64,000 nucleotides of DNA from an uncultured bacterium (GCA_963732385.1 CAVSZB010000007.1:992001-1056000); one strand, 5' to 3'; numbered from the stretch's first letter, positions 1-9,858 are shown. A program made the numbers and translations. Notes: generated by a model from the letters alone, not told the origin.

Positions 1-427
1 CGTGCAGGAACATCAGAGCCCCGAGCGCGACCATGTTCTTGCCGCGCGTGTCGCCGGTGCATTCGCGGGAGAGATCCTCCAGCGGCAGATCGGCGCGTTC
101 GCGCCCGCCCAGGCGGTCATCCGGCTGGCACAGCTTGGGATCGAACAGCAGCACCCCCTCGCCCTTCACGTTCTGCACGTAGGCGTTGTAGGCGTCCTGA
201 TTGAACGCCAGCAGGACGTCGACCTGCTGCTTGAGCGACAGGGTGGGTCCACTACCGGCCCGGAGCTGGAACATCGCCAATCCGCCGCGGATCTCCGCGG
301 GGAAGGTCCGATAGGCGTGGATGTTCAGGCCGCCGCGCACGACGGCCCTGGACAGGATTTCGCCCATCGAAATGATGCCGTCTCCACCCTCGCCGCCGAT
401 CCTGACCACCAGATCGTCGTTGACCAA
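1..427 (-). CDS. korA: 2-oxoacid:ferredoxin oxidoreductase alpha subunit with N-terminal gamma domain (5' part; runs off window)
   Basis: Translated by hand (not in ORF track): MVNDDLVVRIGGEGGDGIISMGEIL...HAYRTFPAEIRGG...VDVLLAFNQ...KNMVALGAL. TTG start follows GGAGG. GGEGGDG, FPAEIRGG and KNMVALGA are OFOR gamma-domain motifs; substrate not determinable. Confidence 0.85.
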   Translation of the reverse strand, partial: MVNDDLVVRIGGEGGDGIISMGEILSRAVVRGGLNIHAYRTFPAEIRGGLAMFQLRAGSGPTLSLKQQVDVLLAFNQDAYNAYVQNVKGEGVLLFDPKLCQPDDRLGGRERADLPLEDLSRECTGDTRGKNMVALGALMFLH

Positions 428-631
428 CGGGCACCTCCACGGGGAATTCACCATGGTACGGCACGGCATCGCCGCGAAACCGCGCGGACGGCGGATCGTC
501 CTTTGCCGCGCAGGGAAACTGGCCTATAGATAATGCTCGCCGCGGTTCACGGCAACGGAAAGGTCGCCCCGTGCGGCGCTGTGCGGACCCTGCGGCCCGC
601 GGGCAACCCTAATCGCAGTGGTGACAATGGC

Positions 632-1714
632 ATGAAACTGCCCAGCGTCTGTTTCGTCAACTCCCTGCGGGGCTGGGGCGGGGCCGAGGTGTGGGCTATC
701 GACACGGCGCTCGGCCTGCGCGAGCGCGGACACGGCGTGAGCATCGTGGCCCAGCCCGGCAGCGCGCTGCTGACGCGGGCCCGCAGCGCCGGTCTCGCAA
801 CCGAGGCGATTCCGATCCGCTTCGACACCGCCCCCTGGACCCTCGTCCGCCTCTGCCACGCCCTGCATCGACACCGGCCCGACGCCGTCTGGTGCAATCT
901 GACCAAGGACCTCAAGGCCGCCGGCGTGGCGGCGCGCCTGTGCGGCGTGCCAGTCGTGATCGCCAGCCGCGAAAGCGACTTCCCGCTCAAGAACAAACTG
1001 TACTATCGCTGGTACTTCAACCGGATCGCCACGACCGTGCTGGTCAACTCCGCGGCCACCCGCGCCTCCGTGCTGGCGAATGCCCCCTGGCTCGAGCCGG
1101 CGCGCGTGCACCTGCTCTACAAGGGGATCGACGCTGAGCGTTTCCGCCCGGCGCCTGCCCCCCCCTCTGTGCCGACCGTCGGCTTCGCCGGCCAGTTGAT
1201 CGCGCGCAAGGGGCTCCCCGAGTTGATGGCGGCCTGGGCGCTCGTCGAGGCGGCGCCGTGGCCGGTCCCGCCGCGGCTGCGCCTGGCCGGGGAAGGGGAG
1301 CTGGCCGGAGAATTGCGCCGCTGGCGAGCCGGGCTGCGCCACCCGGACGCGGTCCTGCTGCACGGACTGGTCGAGGACATGCCGGCCTTCTATCGCGACC
1401 TGTCCCTGCTGGTCCTGCCGTCCAGGGCGGAGGGTTTCGGGCTGGCGGCGGCCGAGGCGTCCGCCTGCGGGCTGCCGGTGATCGCCACCACCGCCAGTTC
1501 CCTGCCCGAGGTGATCCTGCACGCAGAAACGGGGCTGCTGGTGCCGCCGCGGGATCCCGCGGCTTTGGCCGCCGCGATCGTGCGTCTGCTCGCCGAGCCG
1601 GCGACGGCGCGCCGCCTGGGGGCGGCCGGCCGGCAGCGCGTGCAGACCCGCTTCTGCCGGAGTCGCGCGCTCGATGACCTGGCCGCCCTGCTTGCCCCGG
1701 AGGCCGCGCCGTGA
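632..1714 (+). CDS. Glycosyltransferase family 4
   Basis: N-terminal WGGAE, ARKG and PSRAEGFGLAAAEASACGLPVI (ExFGxxxxE). Start moved to ATG 632. Confidence 0.9.
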   Translation: MKLPSVCFVNSLRGWGGAEVWAIDTALGLRERGHGVSIVAQPGSALLTRARSAGLATEAIPIRFDTAPWTLVRLCHALHRHRPDAVWCNLTKDLKAAGVAARLCGVPVVIASRESDFPLKNKLYYRWYFNRIATTVLVNSAATRASVLANAPWLEPARVHLLYKGIDAERFRPAPAPPSVPTVGFAGQLIARKGLPELMAAWALVEAAPWPVPPRLRLAGEGELAGELRRWRAGLRHPDAVLLHGLVEDMPAFYRDLSLLVLPSRAEGFGLAAAEASACGLPVIATTASSLPEVILHAETGLLVPPRDPAALAAAIVRLLAEPATARRLGAAGRQRVQTRFCRSRALDDLAALLAPEAAP

Positions 1715-3087
1715 TCCCCGCCGCCGGGTCGCCGCCCGCCCCGCCGGGCCTCTCGCGCCACCCCGCCGCGGCCTGGTGGGGTGTGGCCGCCGCGATCGTC
1801 TTCATCGTCTACGAAACGACGATGCCGTTCGACTTCCACTTCACGGCCGCCCAATGGCGGGCCGGCCTGGCGCGCAGCGCGCTCGATCTTTTCGGCTCCC
1901 GCGGACGCGACCTCTTCGGTTTGGCGGACACGGTGGGCAACCTGCTGTTGTTCGTCCCCCTCGGTTTCTTCCTGGCACTTGCGCCCCTCGCCGCGCGCTT
2001 CCGACAATTCCGGCCGTGGCTGTTGGCCCTGCTGGCCATGGCGCTCAGCGCCGCGGTCGAGACCAGCCAGCTGTTTTCGCCGCGCCGCTACACGCAGACC
2101 TCCGATGTCCTGCTCAACACGGTCGGCGCTGCGGCCGGCCTGGCGCTCGCGCGCGCCGGCGGCCGCGCGCTGTTCGACCGCGCCGTGGATCGGGCGCTCG
2201 ACCGCCTGCGCCATGACCCGCGCACCGTGCTGGCCTTCGGGCTGACCGCCGCCATCCTCGCCGGCGCGCTGCTGCCGCTCGATCTGAGCATCAGTCGCGC
2301 CTCCCTGCTTTCCCATCTGCGGGCGGCCGATCTGAGCCTCTTCGCCCCGAACGAACCGCCCGGCAGCCGCCTGACGACCGGCATCGGCCTGCTGAAAATG
2401 GCGTGGATCTTCTCGTTCTGGGGCGCGGCGACCGCGCTCTGGTTCGCCGGCCGCGCCAGACGCCCGCTCGTGTCGACCCTCCTCGCCGGAGCCGTCCTCG
2501 CCCTGCTGGCCGAGGGACTGCAATTGTTCGTGATCTCGCGCACGCTCGACCCCTTCGATCCTCTGGCGGGCCTGGCAGGGGTATTCGCCGGCGCCGCGCT
2601 GGCGCTGGGCGGGCGGGCGATCGGCCTGGGCGACCGGGCGCTGCTGGGTCTGGCGCTGGCCGGATACGGCTGCTATCTCGCGCTCGACATGATCAGTCCT
2701 CTGGACGCTCCGCTCGTAAGCTCCCTGTTGCAGGGGGAACTCCCCACGGCCCATCCGTTCTGCTTCGATCCCCTCCCGTTCCGGGACGCCGGGGTCCAGC
2801 CACGCATGATGGTCCTGGGCGACTGGGGCGCCCGGCTGCTGCGTTTCGCACCGCTGGGCGCGTTCCTGCGTCTGGTTCCCCGGCGCGCGGCGGCACGCTG
2901 GGGAATCGCCGCCGCAACCGTGGCGGGCGCCCTCGGCCTGGAACTGCTGGAAGGGCGCCTCGGGGCGGGGCGGGGCGACATGACCGACGTTGTCATGGCG
3001 GCCGCCGGACTGGTCGTGGGGTGGTCATTCGCCGCGCGTCTCGCGTCCCGGCTGCGCGACGCGCCGGCGACCGGGGAGGAACCATGA
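1711..3087 (+). CDS. Integral membrane protein with three VanZ-like repeats
   Basis: DTVGNLLLFVPLGF...ETSQLFSPRR...SDVLLNTVG plus two degenerate copies; many hydrophobic helices; GTGA overlap with the upstream stop. Confidence 0.75.
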   Translation: MIPAAGSPPAPPGLSRHPAAAWWGVAAAIVFIVYETTMPFDFHFTAAQWRAGLARSALDLFGSRGRDLFGLADTVGNLLLFVPLGFFLALAPLAARFRQFRPWLLALLAMALSAAVETSQLFSPRRYTQTSDVLLNTVGAAAGLALARAGGRALFDRAVDRALDRLRHDPRTVLAFGLTAAILAGALLPLDLSISRASLLSHLRAADLSLFAPNEPPGSRLTTGIGLLKMAWIFSFWGAATALWFAGRARRPLVSTLLAGAVLALLAEGLQLFVISRTLDPFDPLAGLAGVFAGAALALGGRAIGLGDRALLGLALAGYGCYLALDMISPLDAPLVSSLLQGELPTAHPFCFDPLPFRDAGVQPRMMVLGDWGARLLRFAPLGAFLRLVPRRAAARWGIAAATVAGALGLELLEGRLGAGRGDMTDVVMAAAGLVVGWSFAARLASRLRDAPATGEEP

Positions 3088-3875
3088 GCGCCATCATCGT
3101 GGCCGCGGTGCAGACCGCGCCAGTCTTCGGCGACGTGGCCGGCAACGTCGAACGAGCGCTTGCGCTCGTGCCGAAGGAGTGCGATCTCGCCGTGCTGCCG
3201 GAACTCTGCTCCACCGGCTATCAATTTGTTTCGCGCGCAGAAGCTCGCTCGCTCGCCGAGACAGTGCCCGACGGCCCCGCCTGCGCGCGGCTACGCGCTT
3301 TCGCCGCGTCCCGCGGCACCCACATCGTGGCCGGCCTGGCCGAACGTCACGGCGAGCAGGTCTTCAACAGCGCGGTCCTGTTCCGACCCGACGGCGGCTG
3401 GGGGCTGTATCGCAAGGTCCATCTCTTCTGGGAGGAGAAGACGCTGTTCGATGCCGGGGATCGCGGTTTCCCGGTCTTCGCCGCCGCCGGCGCCACGGTA
3501 GGCCTGATGATCTGCTTCGACTGGATCTATCCCGAGGCCGCGCGCTCACTCACCCTGGCCGGCGCGACCCTGCTTTGCCATCCGTCCAACCTCGTCCTGC
3601 CCCACTGTCCCGACGCGATGATCACCCGCTGCCTCGAAAACCGCGTCTTCGCGGTCACCGCCAACCGCGTGGGCGAGGAATACCGAACCGGCACGCCGCT
3701 GCGCTTCATCGGCCTCAGCCAGATCGTCTCGCCCCAGGGCGAGCGGCTCGTCCGCCTCGAAGCGAACGCAGAGGGGACAGCCGTGGCCTTGCTTGATCCC
3801 GCCACGGCGGACCGCCGCATCACGCCGCTCAACGACCTGCTCGCCGACCGGCGCCCGGAGATGTACCGAAGGTAG
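3084..3875 (+). CDS. Nitrilase-superfamily carbon-nitrogen hydrolase
   Basis: Glu-Lys-Cys triad contexts LPEL, YRKVHL and ICFDW; ATGA overlap at 3084-3087. Confidence 0.9.
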   Translation: MSAIIVAAVQTAPVFGDVAGNVERALALVPKECDLAVLPELCSTGYQFVSRAEARSLAETVPDGPACARLRAFAASRGTHIVAGLAERHGEQVFNSAVLFRPDGGWGLYRKVHLFWEEKTLFDAGDRGFPVFAAAGATVGLMICFDWIYPEAARSLTLAGATLLCHPSNLVLPHCPDAMITRCLENRVFAVTANRVGEEYRTGTPLRFIGLSQIVSPQGERLVRLEANAEGTAVALLDPATADRRITPLNDLLADRRPEMYRR

Positions 3876-3916
3876 AACAACCGGCCGAAAGAGCGACGGG
3901 CGCTCTCAACGCCGCC

Positions 3917-4192
3917 TCAGCCGCGATCGGCGTTCGCCGCGGAATTACCGCCGGGCGGCGCGCGGAAGCCGCGCGACAGCACGACGGCCAGCAGCGACCA
4001 GACGAACATGACGAGGCCGATCAGCAGCCCCACGCCGATGAATTGAGCAGGCGCCATCGCCCGGCCCATGGCCGACAGATAGTTGTCGGGCACATTGCTC
4101 AGAAAGAGACGGTAGTTGACCAAGCCCAGCAGGGCGCCCAGCACCAGGCTCCCCGCGAGCAGGACGATCAGGCCCACGTTCCTGCGCTGCAT
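3917..4192 (-). CDS. Small hypothetical membrane protein (two TM helices)
   Basis: 91-aa ORF with two long hydrophobic segments and a G-rich RBS-like tract upstream. Confidence 0.65.
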   Translation of the reverse strand: MQRRNVGLIVLLAGSLVLGALLGLVNYRLFLSNVPDNYLSAMGRAMAPAQFIGVGLLIGLVMFVWSLLAVVLSRGFRAPPGGNSAANADRG

Positions 4193-4397
4193 CCCACCCC
4201 CCTTGCCGGCGGCAATTGAGCGATCCGGGCGAATATCCCCACCCGGCTGCGGTGGTCATGATAGCGGAGAAGATCCGTTCCGCAAACCGAGAATCAACTC
4301 CCGGGGAACAGGGGTCAGGCGGCCTGCAGCGCGCGCAGGCGCGGGTCGCCATTGGCGAAATCCGCGCCGCCGCTCCGGGCGGCGCAGCAGGCGGGGC

Positions 4398-4829
4398 TCA
4401 ATGCAGGGAGGGGGAACCGGGACCGGAACCGAGCTCCGGATCGCCGAGATCGGGTTCGGTGCGCTCCGCCTCCCGGAAGGGATCCGCCTCGGGATCGAGC
4501 AGCATGGCGAGTTCCCACAGGTGCAGGAGTCCTTCGAAATCGAGGTGCTCGGCCGCGGCCACCACTTCGTCCTCGATGAGCAGTTCGAGGAAGCCGGTGC
4601 GCTGATCGCGCTCCTTGAGCCGTTCAACGGACGGCAGTTCCTGGCGCCGCTGCTCCTCGCCGGCGCGCGGCCCGGCCAGGAAGTCGAGATAGAGATCCCA
4701 GTCGCCGCGGAAGTAGCGCAGACAGGTCAGACAGAGCCGCTCTTCGCCCTCGGTGAGCAGGTTCAGGGCCGCTTCCGCGGACTCGACGCCGCGGCGATCA
4801 TCGCGCTCGGGTCGCTTCTTGCCGGCCAT
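4398..4829 (-). CDS. Hypothetical acidic protein immediately downstream of glgC
   Basis: ATG 4 nt after the glgC stop; protein-like Leu/Glu-rich composition unlike the shadow ORFs. Confidence 0.65.
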   Translation of the reverse strand: MAGKKRPERDDRRGVESAEAALNLLTEGEERLCLTCLRYFRGDWDLYLDFLAGPRAGEEQRRQELPSVERLKERDQRTGFLELLIEDEVVAAAEHLDFEGLLHLWELAMLLDPEADPFREAERTEPDLGDPELGSGPGSPSLH

Positions 4830-4833
4830 GCAA

Positions 4834-6075
4834 TCAGTCCTTAAAGCGGATGCTCTTGGGCACGATGACCAGACCGTCGTCGGTCACCTTGAAGAGATGG
4901 CGATCCTTCGCGGGGTCGCGACCGATCACCATGCCCTCGGGAATCACCACGTCCTTGTCCACGATGGTGCGATGCAGATCAGCGTAGCGACCGATCACGA
5001 CGTCGTCGAAGACGATGGAGTCGGTTACGCGGCTGAAGGAGTTCACGCGCACGTTGCGCCCCAGCAGCGAGCCCTCCACGTGGCCGCCGCTGATGATCGT
5101 CCCGCCGCCGACGATGGAGTTGGCGATCGTGCCGGCCAGGCCTCCGTCGGGCGTGAAGCCGTGCACGCTCTTGGCCGGCGGCACCGGCGCCTGCCAGGTG
5201 CGGTACGGCCATTCGCGGTCGTACAGGTTGAACGCGGGCTGCCGGGAGACGAGATCCATCGAGGCGGCGTAGTAGCTGTCGAGCGTGCCGATGTCGCGCC
5301 AGTACTCCGGAGCACCGGTCTGGGGATCGCGGAAGGGGAAGGCGTAGACATTCCCCTGGCCGACCATGGCCGGGATGATGTCGCGCCCGAAATCGTGACG
5401 GGAACCGGGCAGCCGCGCGTCCTGGCAGACCCCCCGGACCAGTTCCTGCGTGTCGAAGCAGTACACGCCCATGTTGACCAGGCAATGCTCGGGATCACCC
5501 GGGATCGTGCGCGGATTGGCCGGCTTCTCCTCGTAACCAACGATCCGCCAGCCAGCGTCCACCTCGATGATGCCGAACTGGTGCGCCCCCTCCCGCGGCA
5601 CGACGGCCACACTCACGGTCAGGCCGGCCTGCTTGTCGAGATGGAAATCGAGCATCTGGTTGTAGTCCATCTTGTAGACATGGTCACCGGACAGGATCAT
5701 GACGTGTTCCGGCTTGGTCCGCTCGAGCAGGTAGATGTTCTGGAAGATCGCGTCAGCCGTGCCCTCGTACCACTTCAGGCCGACCCGCCGCTGCGGTGGG
5801 ATGCGGTACAGGAACTCGTCGGCCTCGTAGTTGAAGATGTTCCAGCCCTTCTGGAGATGCTTGTCGAGGGAGTACGACTTGTACTGCGTCAGCACAAAGA
5901 TGCGCTTCAGCCCGGAGTTGACGCAGTTCGACAGGGTAAAGTCGATGATGCGGTAGACGCCGCCGAACGGCACGGCCGGCTTGGACCGGTCCCGCGTGAG
6001 GGGATACAGGCGCTCACCCTGGCCACCGGCCAGGATGATGGCCACGACCCGGCGGAACCACTGCGGAGTCCTCAC
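4834..6075 (-). CDS. glgC: Glucose-1-phosphate adenylyltransferase
   Basis: ILAGGQGERLYPLT..RSKPAVPFGG, WYEGTADAI, LSGDHVYKMDY, EKP, DFGRD, YWRDIGT. GTG start 6075 inferred. Confidence 0.96.
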   Translation of the reverse strand: MRTPQWFRRVVAIILAGGQGERLYPLTRDRSKPAVPFGGVYRIIDFTLSNCVNSGLKRIFVLTQYKSYSLDKHLQKGWNIFNYEADEFLYRIPPQRRVGLKWYEGTADAIFQNIYLLERTKPEHVMILSGDHVYKMDYNQMLDFHLDKQAGLTVSVAVVPREGAHQFGIIEVDAGWRIVGYEEKPANPRTIPGDPEHCLVNMGVYCFDTQELVRGVCQDARLPGSRHDFGRDIIPAMVGQGNVYAFPFRDPQTGAPEYWRDIGTLDSYYAASMDLVSRQPAFNLYDREWPYRTWQAPVPPAKSVHGFTPDGGLAGTIANSIVGGGTIISGGHVEGSLLGRNVRVNSFSRVTDSIVFDDVVIGRYADLHRTIVDKDVVIPEGMVIGRDPAKDRHLFKVTDDGLVIVPKSIRFKD

Positions 6076-6127
6076 TACCGTCCGCCTTCCCGGAGTCTCC
6101 GAGCGGCCGACGGCCGCGAATCCCGCA

Positions 6128-6499
6128 TCACTGCGCGACCGGCTCCGCTTGCAATAGTTCCCGGACCGTCTGGACGAGTTCGTCCACATCCGCCGACTTG
6201 GTCACATATGCGTCGGCGGCCCAGGTCAGGAAGTTGTCGCGATAGCTGGAGTAGGCCGTGTTGAGCACGACGGGAATCGTGTTGTCACGGTCCAGAATGC
6301 GCTGCAGACACTCCACACCGTCCATGCCCGGCATGCGGATGTCCAGCACCACCAGGTCCGGCCTCATCAAGTCAACGTACTCGAGGCCCTGCTCGGCTGT
6401 GGCCGCCGCCATCGTTTCGAACCCGGCGCGCCGCAATTCTGTCTCGTACAACAGACGCAGATGTGGCTCGTCATCGACGATCAGAACCTTCTTCACCAC
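6128..6499 (-). CDS. Single-domain response regulator
   Basis: LIVDDE, VVLDIRMP (phosphoacceptor Asp), NTAY, VTKS; GGAGG RBS before GTG. Confidence 0.92.
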   Translation of the reverse strand: MVKKVLIVDDEPHLRLLYETELRRAGFETMAAATAEQGLEYVDLMRPDLVVLDIRMPGMDGVECLQRILDRDNTIPVVLNTAYSSYRDNFLTWAADAYVTKSADVDELVQTVRELLQAEPVAQ

Positions 6500-6555
6500 A
6501 CCACCTCCATGATCCGTGCTCGGCGACAGTACGCACGTTGCATCCCTGCCTCGAC

Positions 6556-6568
6556 ACCATAGCAAATC
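6556..6568 (-). promoter_or_regulatory. Putative extended -10 promoter (GATTTGCTATGGT)
   Basis: TGn-TATGGT about 57 nt upstream of the receiver gene; same GATTTGCTAT core as at 21645. Confidence 0.4.
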
Positions 6569-6581
6569 CTGCGCCCCGCGG

Positions 6582-8366
6582 CTACCGGGAATCTGCCTCT
6601 ACCCCCTCGTCTTTTCGCGGCTTGGGCAGCGGAAGCGTAAATGTGAATATGGCGCCCCCGCCCGGCGCATTCTGACACGCCAGCACACCGCCATGGCCCT
6701 TGACGATCTGGCTGGAAATGGCCAGCCCCAGGCCGGATCCGGTCGGTTTGGTGGTAAAAAACGGGGTGAACAACTTCGGTTTCGCGGACTCCGGCACGCC
6801 GGGGCCCTCGTCGCACACCTCCACCCGCACCCCCCCCGTCTGCAGGCGCGTCAGCACCGCCAGCCGCCCACCCCCGGCCATGGCCTGCATCGCGTTGACC
6901 ACGAGGTTCTGCATGACCTGCTGGATTTCGCCGGGGTTGATCCGCGCCCGCACCCCGGGCGCCTGCAGATCCAGGTCCAGGACGACCCCCTGTTCCCCCA
7001 TCTTCCCCTCGTGGACGCGCACGGTTTCGGCCACCAGTTCGTCGATCACGACCAGCTTGCGCAGGATTTTCTTCGGGCGGATGAAATCGAGCAGATCGTG
7101 GATGATCCGCTCGAGCCGCGCCACCTCCTCCGTGATGATCGCAGCATACTGCCGGTGCGGATCCCCTTCGGCGAGCGAGCGGTGCAGGGTTCGCGCGAAG
7201 CCGCCGATGGCCACCAGGGGGTTGCGCAACTCGTGCGCCACGACCGCCGCCGTCTCGCCCATGATCGAGAGTCGCTCCATGCGCAGGAGCTGCTTCTGGT
7301 CCTCCTTCTGCCGCTGCGCCGCGCGCCGCAGATCGGCCAGGCGCTGCTGCAGCTCTTCGTAGAGTCGGCTGTTCTCGATCGCGTTGGCCGACTCGTTGGC
7401 GAGCAGTTGGAGGAACTCCAGATCGAGGTCTCCGATCTCCCGGCCGGAAATAGCGTTGTCCGTCACGATCACCCCGAGCGGCCCGCGTCTGGTCATCAGC
7501 GGCGCCACGGCGAAGGCCGTGTGTCCGAGCCAGTGGCGCATGTCATCCACACCGGGAAAATCCACCTCGCTCGCCACGACCCGGAACGCCTGTCGCTCGT
7601 TCATGGAGCGGATCAGGATGTGGTCCGCCGCCGCGACCGGAACCTCCATCTTCTTGACGATTTCGTTGACGGCGACATCGGTCTGTTTCAGCGAGCGATC
7701 GTAGCGCGTCATCAGCGCGATGAGGTCGTCCTGCTGGTCGGAAAGGTCGTGCCAGATACGCGCCGCTTCGTCGGGGTTGGACGGTCCGATGGCGATCTCG
7801 CCGCGCAGGCGCTGTGACTTGTCGTCGATCAGCAGCAGGAACGCGCGGTTGAAGCGCAGCCCCTGGCCCGCGGTCACGCAATGCAGCACCGCCTCGAGGA
7901 TCTGCTCCAGGGTCATGCGCTCTCCGTAGAGCGCCTCGTTGATCTGGTTCAGCAGCGACAGCCGCCCCAGCCGCCGCACCCGGTCCTCGTCGATCATCTT
8001 CATGTGCGTGATATCGTGGATGGCGATCAGGCTGCGCCGCCGTCCTTCGGCATCGTGAAAGTGGTCGCAGACGATCTCCACCGGCACGGCGCCGCCGTGC
8101 GCCGGGAGCAGGGTCAGTTCCTGCGGAGGCCCCTGGTCGCATTGTTCCGGCAGGCCGTCCGGGGTGAGCGGCAGGTCGGAAGCGAGGAACCGCGCCAGCG
8201 GCTGGCCCACCAATTCGCCAGCCGGCAGCCCGAGCATCCGGCAGGCGCCGGCGCTGGCCAGACGAATGCGGCACTCTTCCCCGAGCACGAGCAACGGCAC
8301 GCTGCCGGCCACCACCGCCTTGCTGAGCCAAAGCGCCTCCTGCAGCAGCACTTCGTCGAGTTCCAC
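6582..8366 (-). CDS. Cytoplasmic PAS-GAF sensor histidine kinase
   Basis: H-box VAHELRNPL, N-box NLVVNA, DEGPG, FFTTK, GSGLGL; PAS-like N-terminus; GAF with GQGLRFNRAFL; no TM segments. Confidence 0.92.
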   Translation of the reverse strand: MELDEVLLQEALWLSKAVVAGSVPLLVLGEECRIRLASAGACRMLGLPAGELVGQPLARFLASDLPLTPDGLPEQCDQGPPQELTLLPAHGGAVPVEIVCDHFHDAEGRRRSLIAIHDITHMKMIDEDRVRRLGRLSLLNQINEALYGERMTLEQILEAVLHCVTAGQGLRFNRAFLLLIDDKSQRLRGEIAIGPSNPDEAARIWHDLSDQQDDLIALMTRYDRSLKQTDVAVNEIVKKMEVPVAAADHILIRSMNERQAFRVVASEVDFPGVDDMRHWLGHTAFAVAPLMTRRGPLGVIVTDNAISGREIGDLDLEFLQLLANESANAIENSRLYEELQQRLADLRRAAQRQKEDQKQLLRMERLSIMGETAAVVAHELRNPLVAIGGFARTLHRSLAEGDPHRQYAAIITEEVARLERIIHDLLDFIRPKKILRKLVVIDELVAETVRVHEGKMGEQGVVLDLDLQAPGVRARINPGEIQQVMQNLVVNAMQAMAGGGRLAVLTRLQTGGVRVEVCDEGPGVPESAKPKLFTPFFTTKPTGSGLGLAISSQIVKGHGGVLACQNAPGGGAIFTFTLPLPKPRKDEGVEADSR

Positions 8367-8397
8367 GTCCACCCCTTTTGCCGGTGCTCCCGGCGGC

Positions 8398-9858
8398 TCA
8401 GGTCTGCCTGGCCAGCCGCGCGTAGAGCGCTTCGTAGGCGGCCGCCGAGGTGTCCCAGGGGAACAGGGCCCGCATGCCGCGCGCGCGCAGCGCCGCCCAG
8501 GCGGCCGCATCGTCCCACAGCGCCAGCGCCCGGTCCAACGCGCCGCGCAGCGCCCGCGGCGTGTACTCTACGAACGCAAAACCGGTTCCGTCCGGTCGGG
8601 AGGCGTCGATCACCGTGTCGGCAAGTCCGCCCGTCCGGCGCACGATCGGCACCGCCCCGTAGCGCAGGGCGTACATCTGCGCCAGACCGCACGGTTCGAA
8701 CCGGGACGGCATCAGGAACAGGTCGCACCCCGCGTAGACACGATGCGCCAGCGCCTCGTCGAACCGATCCACGAAAACCAGGCGTTTGGGGTGCCGCGCC
8801 GCCGCGGCAGCCAGCAGGACCCGCCAGCGCGCCTCGCCAGTCGCCAGGAACACAACCCGCAGCCCGTCGCGCAGCAGGCCGTTCAAAAGCGGCAGGAGAA
8901 CCTCCGTCCCTTTCTGCTCCACCAGCCGTCCGACGAAGCCTGCCACCGGCCCGTCGCCATCGGCCAGGCCGAGTTCGGCGGCGAGCGCGGCGCGGCACGC
9001 CCGCTTCCCCTCGGGATGGGCCGCGTCGAACCGGACCGCCAGATGCGGATCCCGCGCAGGATTCCACGCCTGCAGATCGGCGCCATTGAGGATGCCGGAG
9101 AAATCGCCGCCGCGTCCGCGCAGCACGCCGTCAAGACCGCAGCCCGACTCCTCGTCGGTGACGACCTCGCGGGCGTAAGTGGGGCTGACGGTGTTGACGA
9201 GGTCGGACTCGAGGATGCCGGCCTTCATGACGTTGAGCCGGCCGTGGAACTCCAGCGGACCGGGATAGACCGCGTCGGCGGCCGGCAGACCGATCTCCAT
9301 GAGCCGCTCCGGCGGCGCGTCGAGCTGATGTGCGAGGTTGTGGATGGTGAGCAGGGTGCCGGCCGCGCCGACCCCCTCCACCCCGGCCCACCAGCGGCGG
9401 TGGTAAAGCGGCGCCAGGGCCGAGGCGGCGTCGTGCGCGTGAATCACCTCGGGCGTCCAGCCGAGCAGCCCGGGCAGGGCAAGCGCCGCCTGGGCGTGGA
9501 AGGAGGCTCGCGCGATGGCGTCGGGAAAGTCAGCCCCTGTCGCGTCGGCATACACGCCGGGACGGCCGAACAGCGCCGCGTTCTCGGCAAAGTAGATCCT
9601 GACCGCGGCCGCACCGGAACCTTTCAGGTGCCACCGCGCAACGTGCACCTGCTGCCCCACCCGCAGCGGCAACGGCGGCAGGCGCAGCAGCGGACGGATG
9701 TGCAGCGCCGCTCGATCGAGGTGACCGTAGAGCGGCAGCACCACCCGCACATCGTGCCCCCGCGCCGCCAGCGCCGACGCCAGCGAGGCGGTCATGTCGG
9801 CCAGCCCGCCGACCTTCACCACCGGCGCCAATTCGCCGGTCACCATCAACACCCGCAT
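8398..9858 (-). CDS. glgA: Glycogen synthase (GT5)
   Basis: KVGGLAD, HAHD, TIHNL, TVSPTYA, GRLVEQKG, MPSRFEPCGL, RTGGLADTV. Confidence 0.96.
   Translation of the reverse strand: MRVLMVTGELAPVVKVGGLADMTASLASALAARGHDVRVVLPLYGHLDRAALHIRPLLRLPPLPLRVGQQVHVARWHLKGSGAAAVRIYFAENAALFGRPGVYADATGADFPDAIARASFHAQAALALPGLLGWTPEVIHAHDAASALAPLYHRRWWAGVEGVGAAGTLLTIHNLAHQLDAPPERLMEIGLPAADAVYPGPLEFHGRLNVMKAGILESDLVNTVSPTYAREVVTDEESGCGLDGVLRGRGGDFSGILNGADLQAWNPARDPHLAVRFDAAHPEGKRACRAALAAELGLADGDGPVAGFVGRLVEQKGTEVLLPLLNGLLRDGLRVVFLATGEARWRVLLAAAAARHPKRLVFVDRFDEALAHRVYAGCDLFLMPSRFEPCGLAQMYALRYGAVPIVRRTGGLADTVIDASRPDGTGFAFVEYTPRALRGALDRALALWDDAAAWAALRARGMRALFPWDTSAAAYEALYARLARQT

Noticed and set aside
2..529. 175-aa plus-strand ORF at the window start
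   Set aside because: Antisense shadow of the OFOR gene on the minus strand.
1711..3087. Glycopeptide resistance locus
   Set aside because: No vanHAX or vanRS genes; VanZ-like domains alone are widespread.
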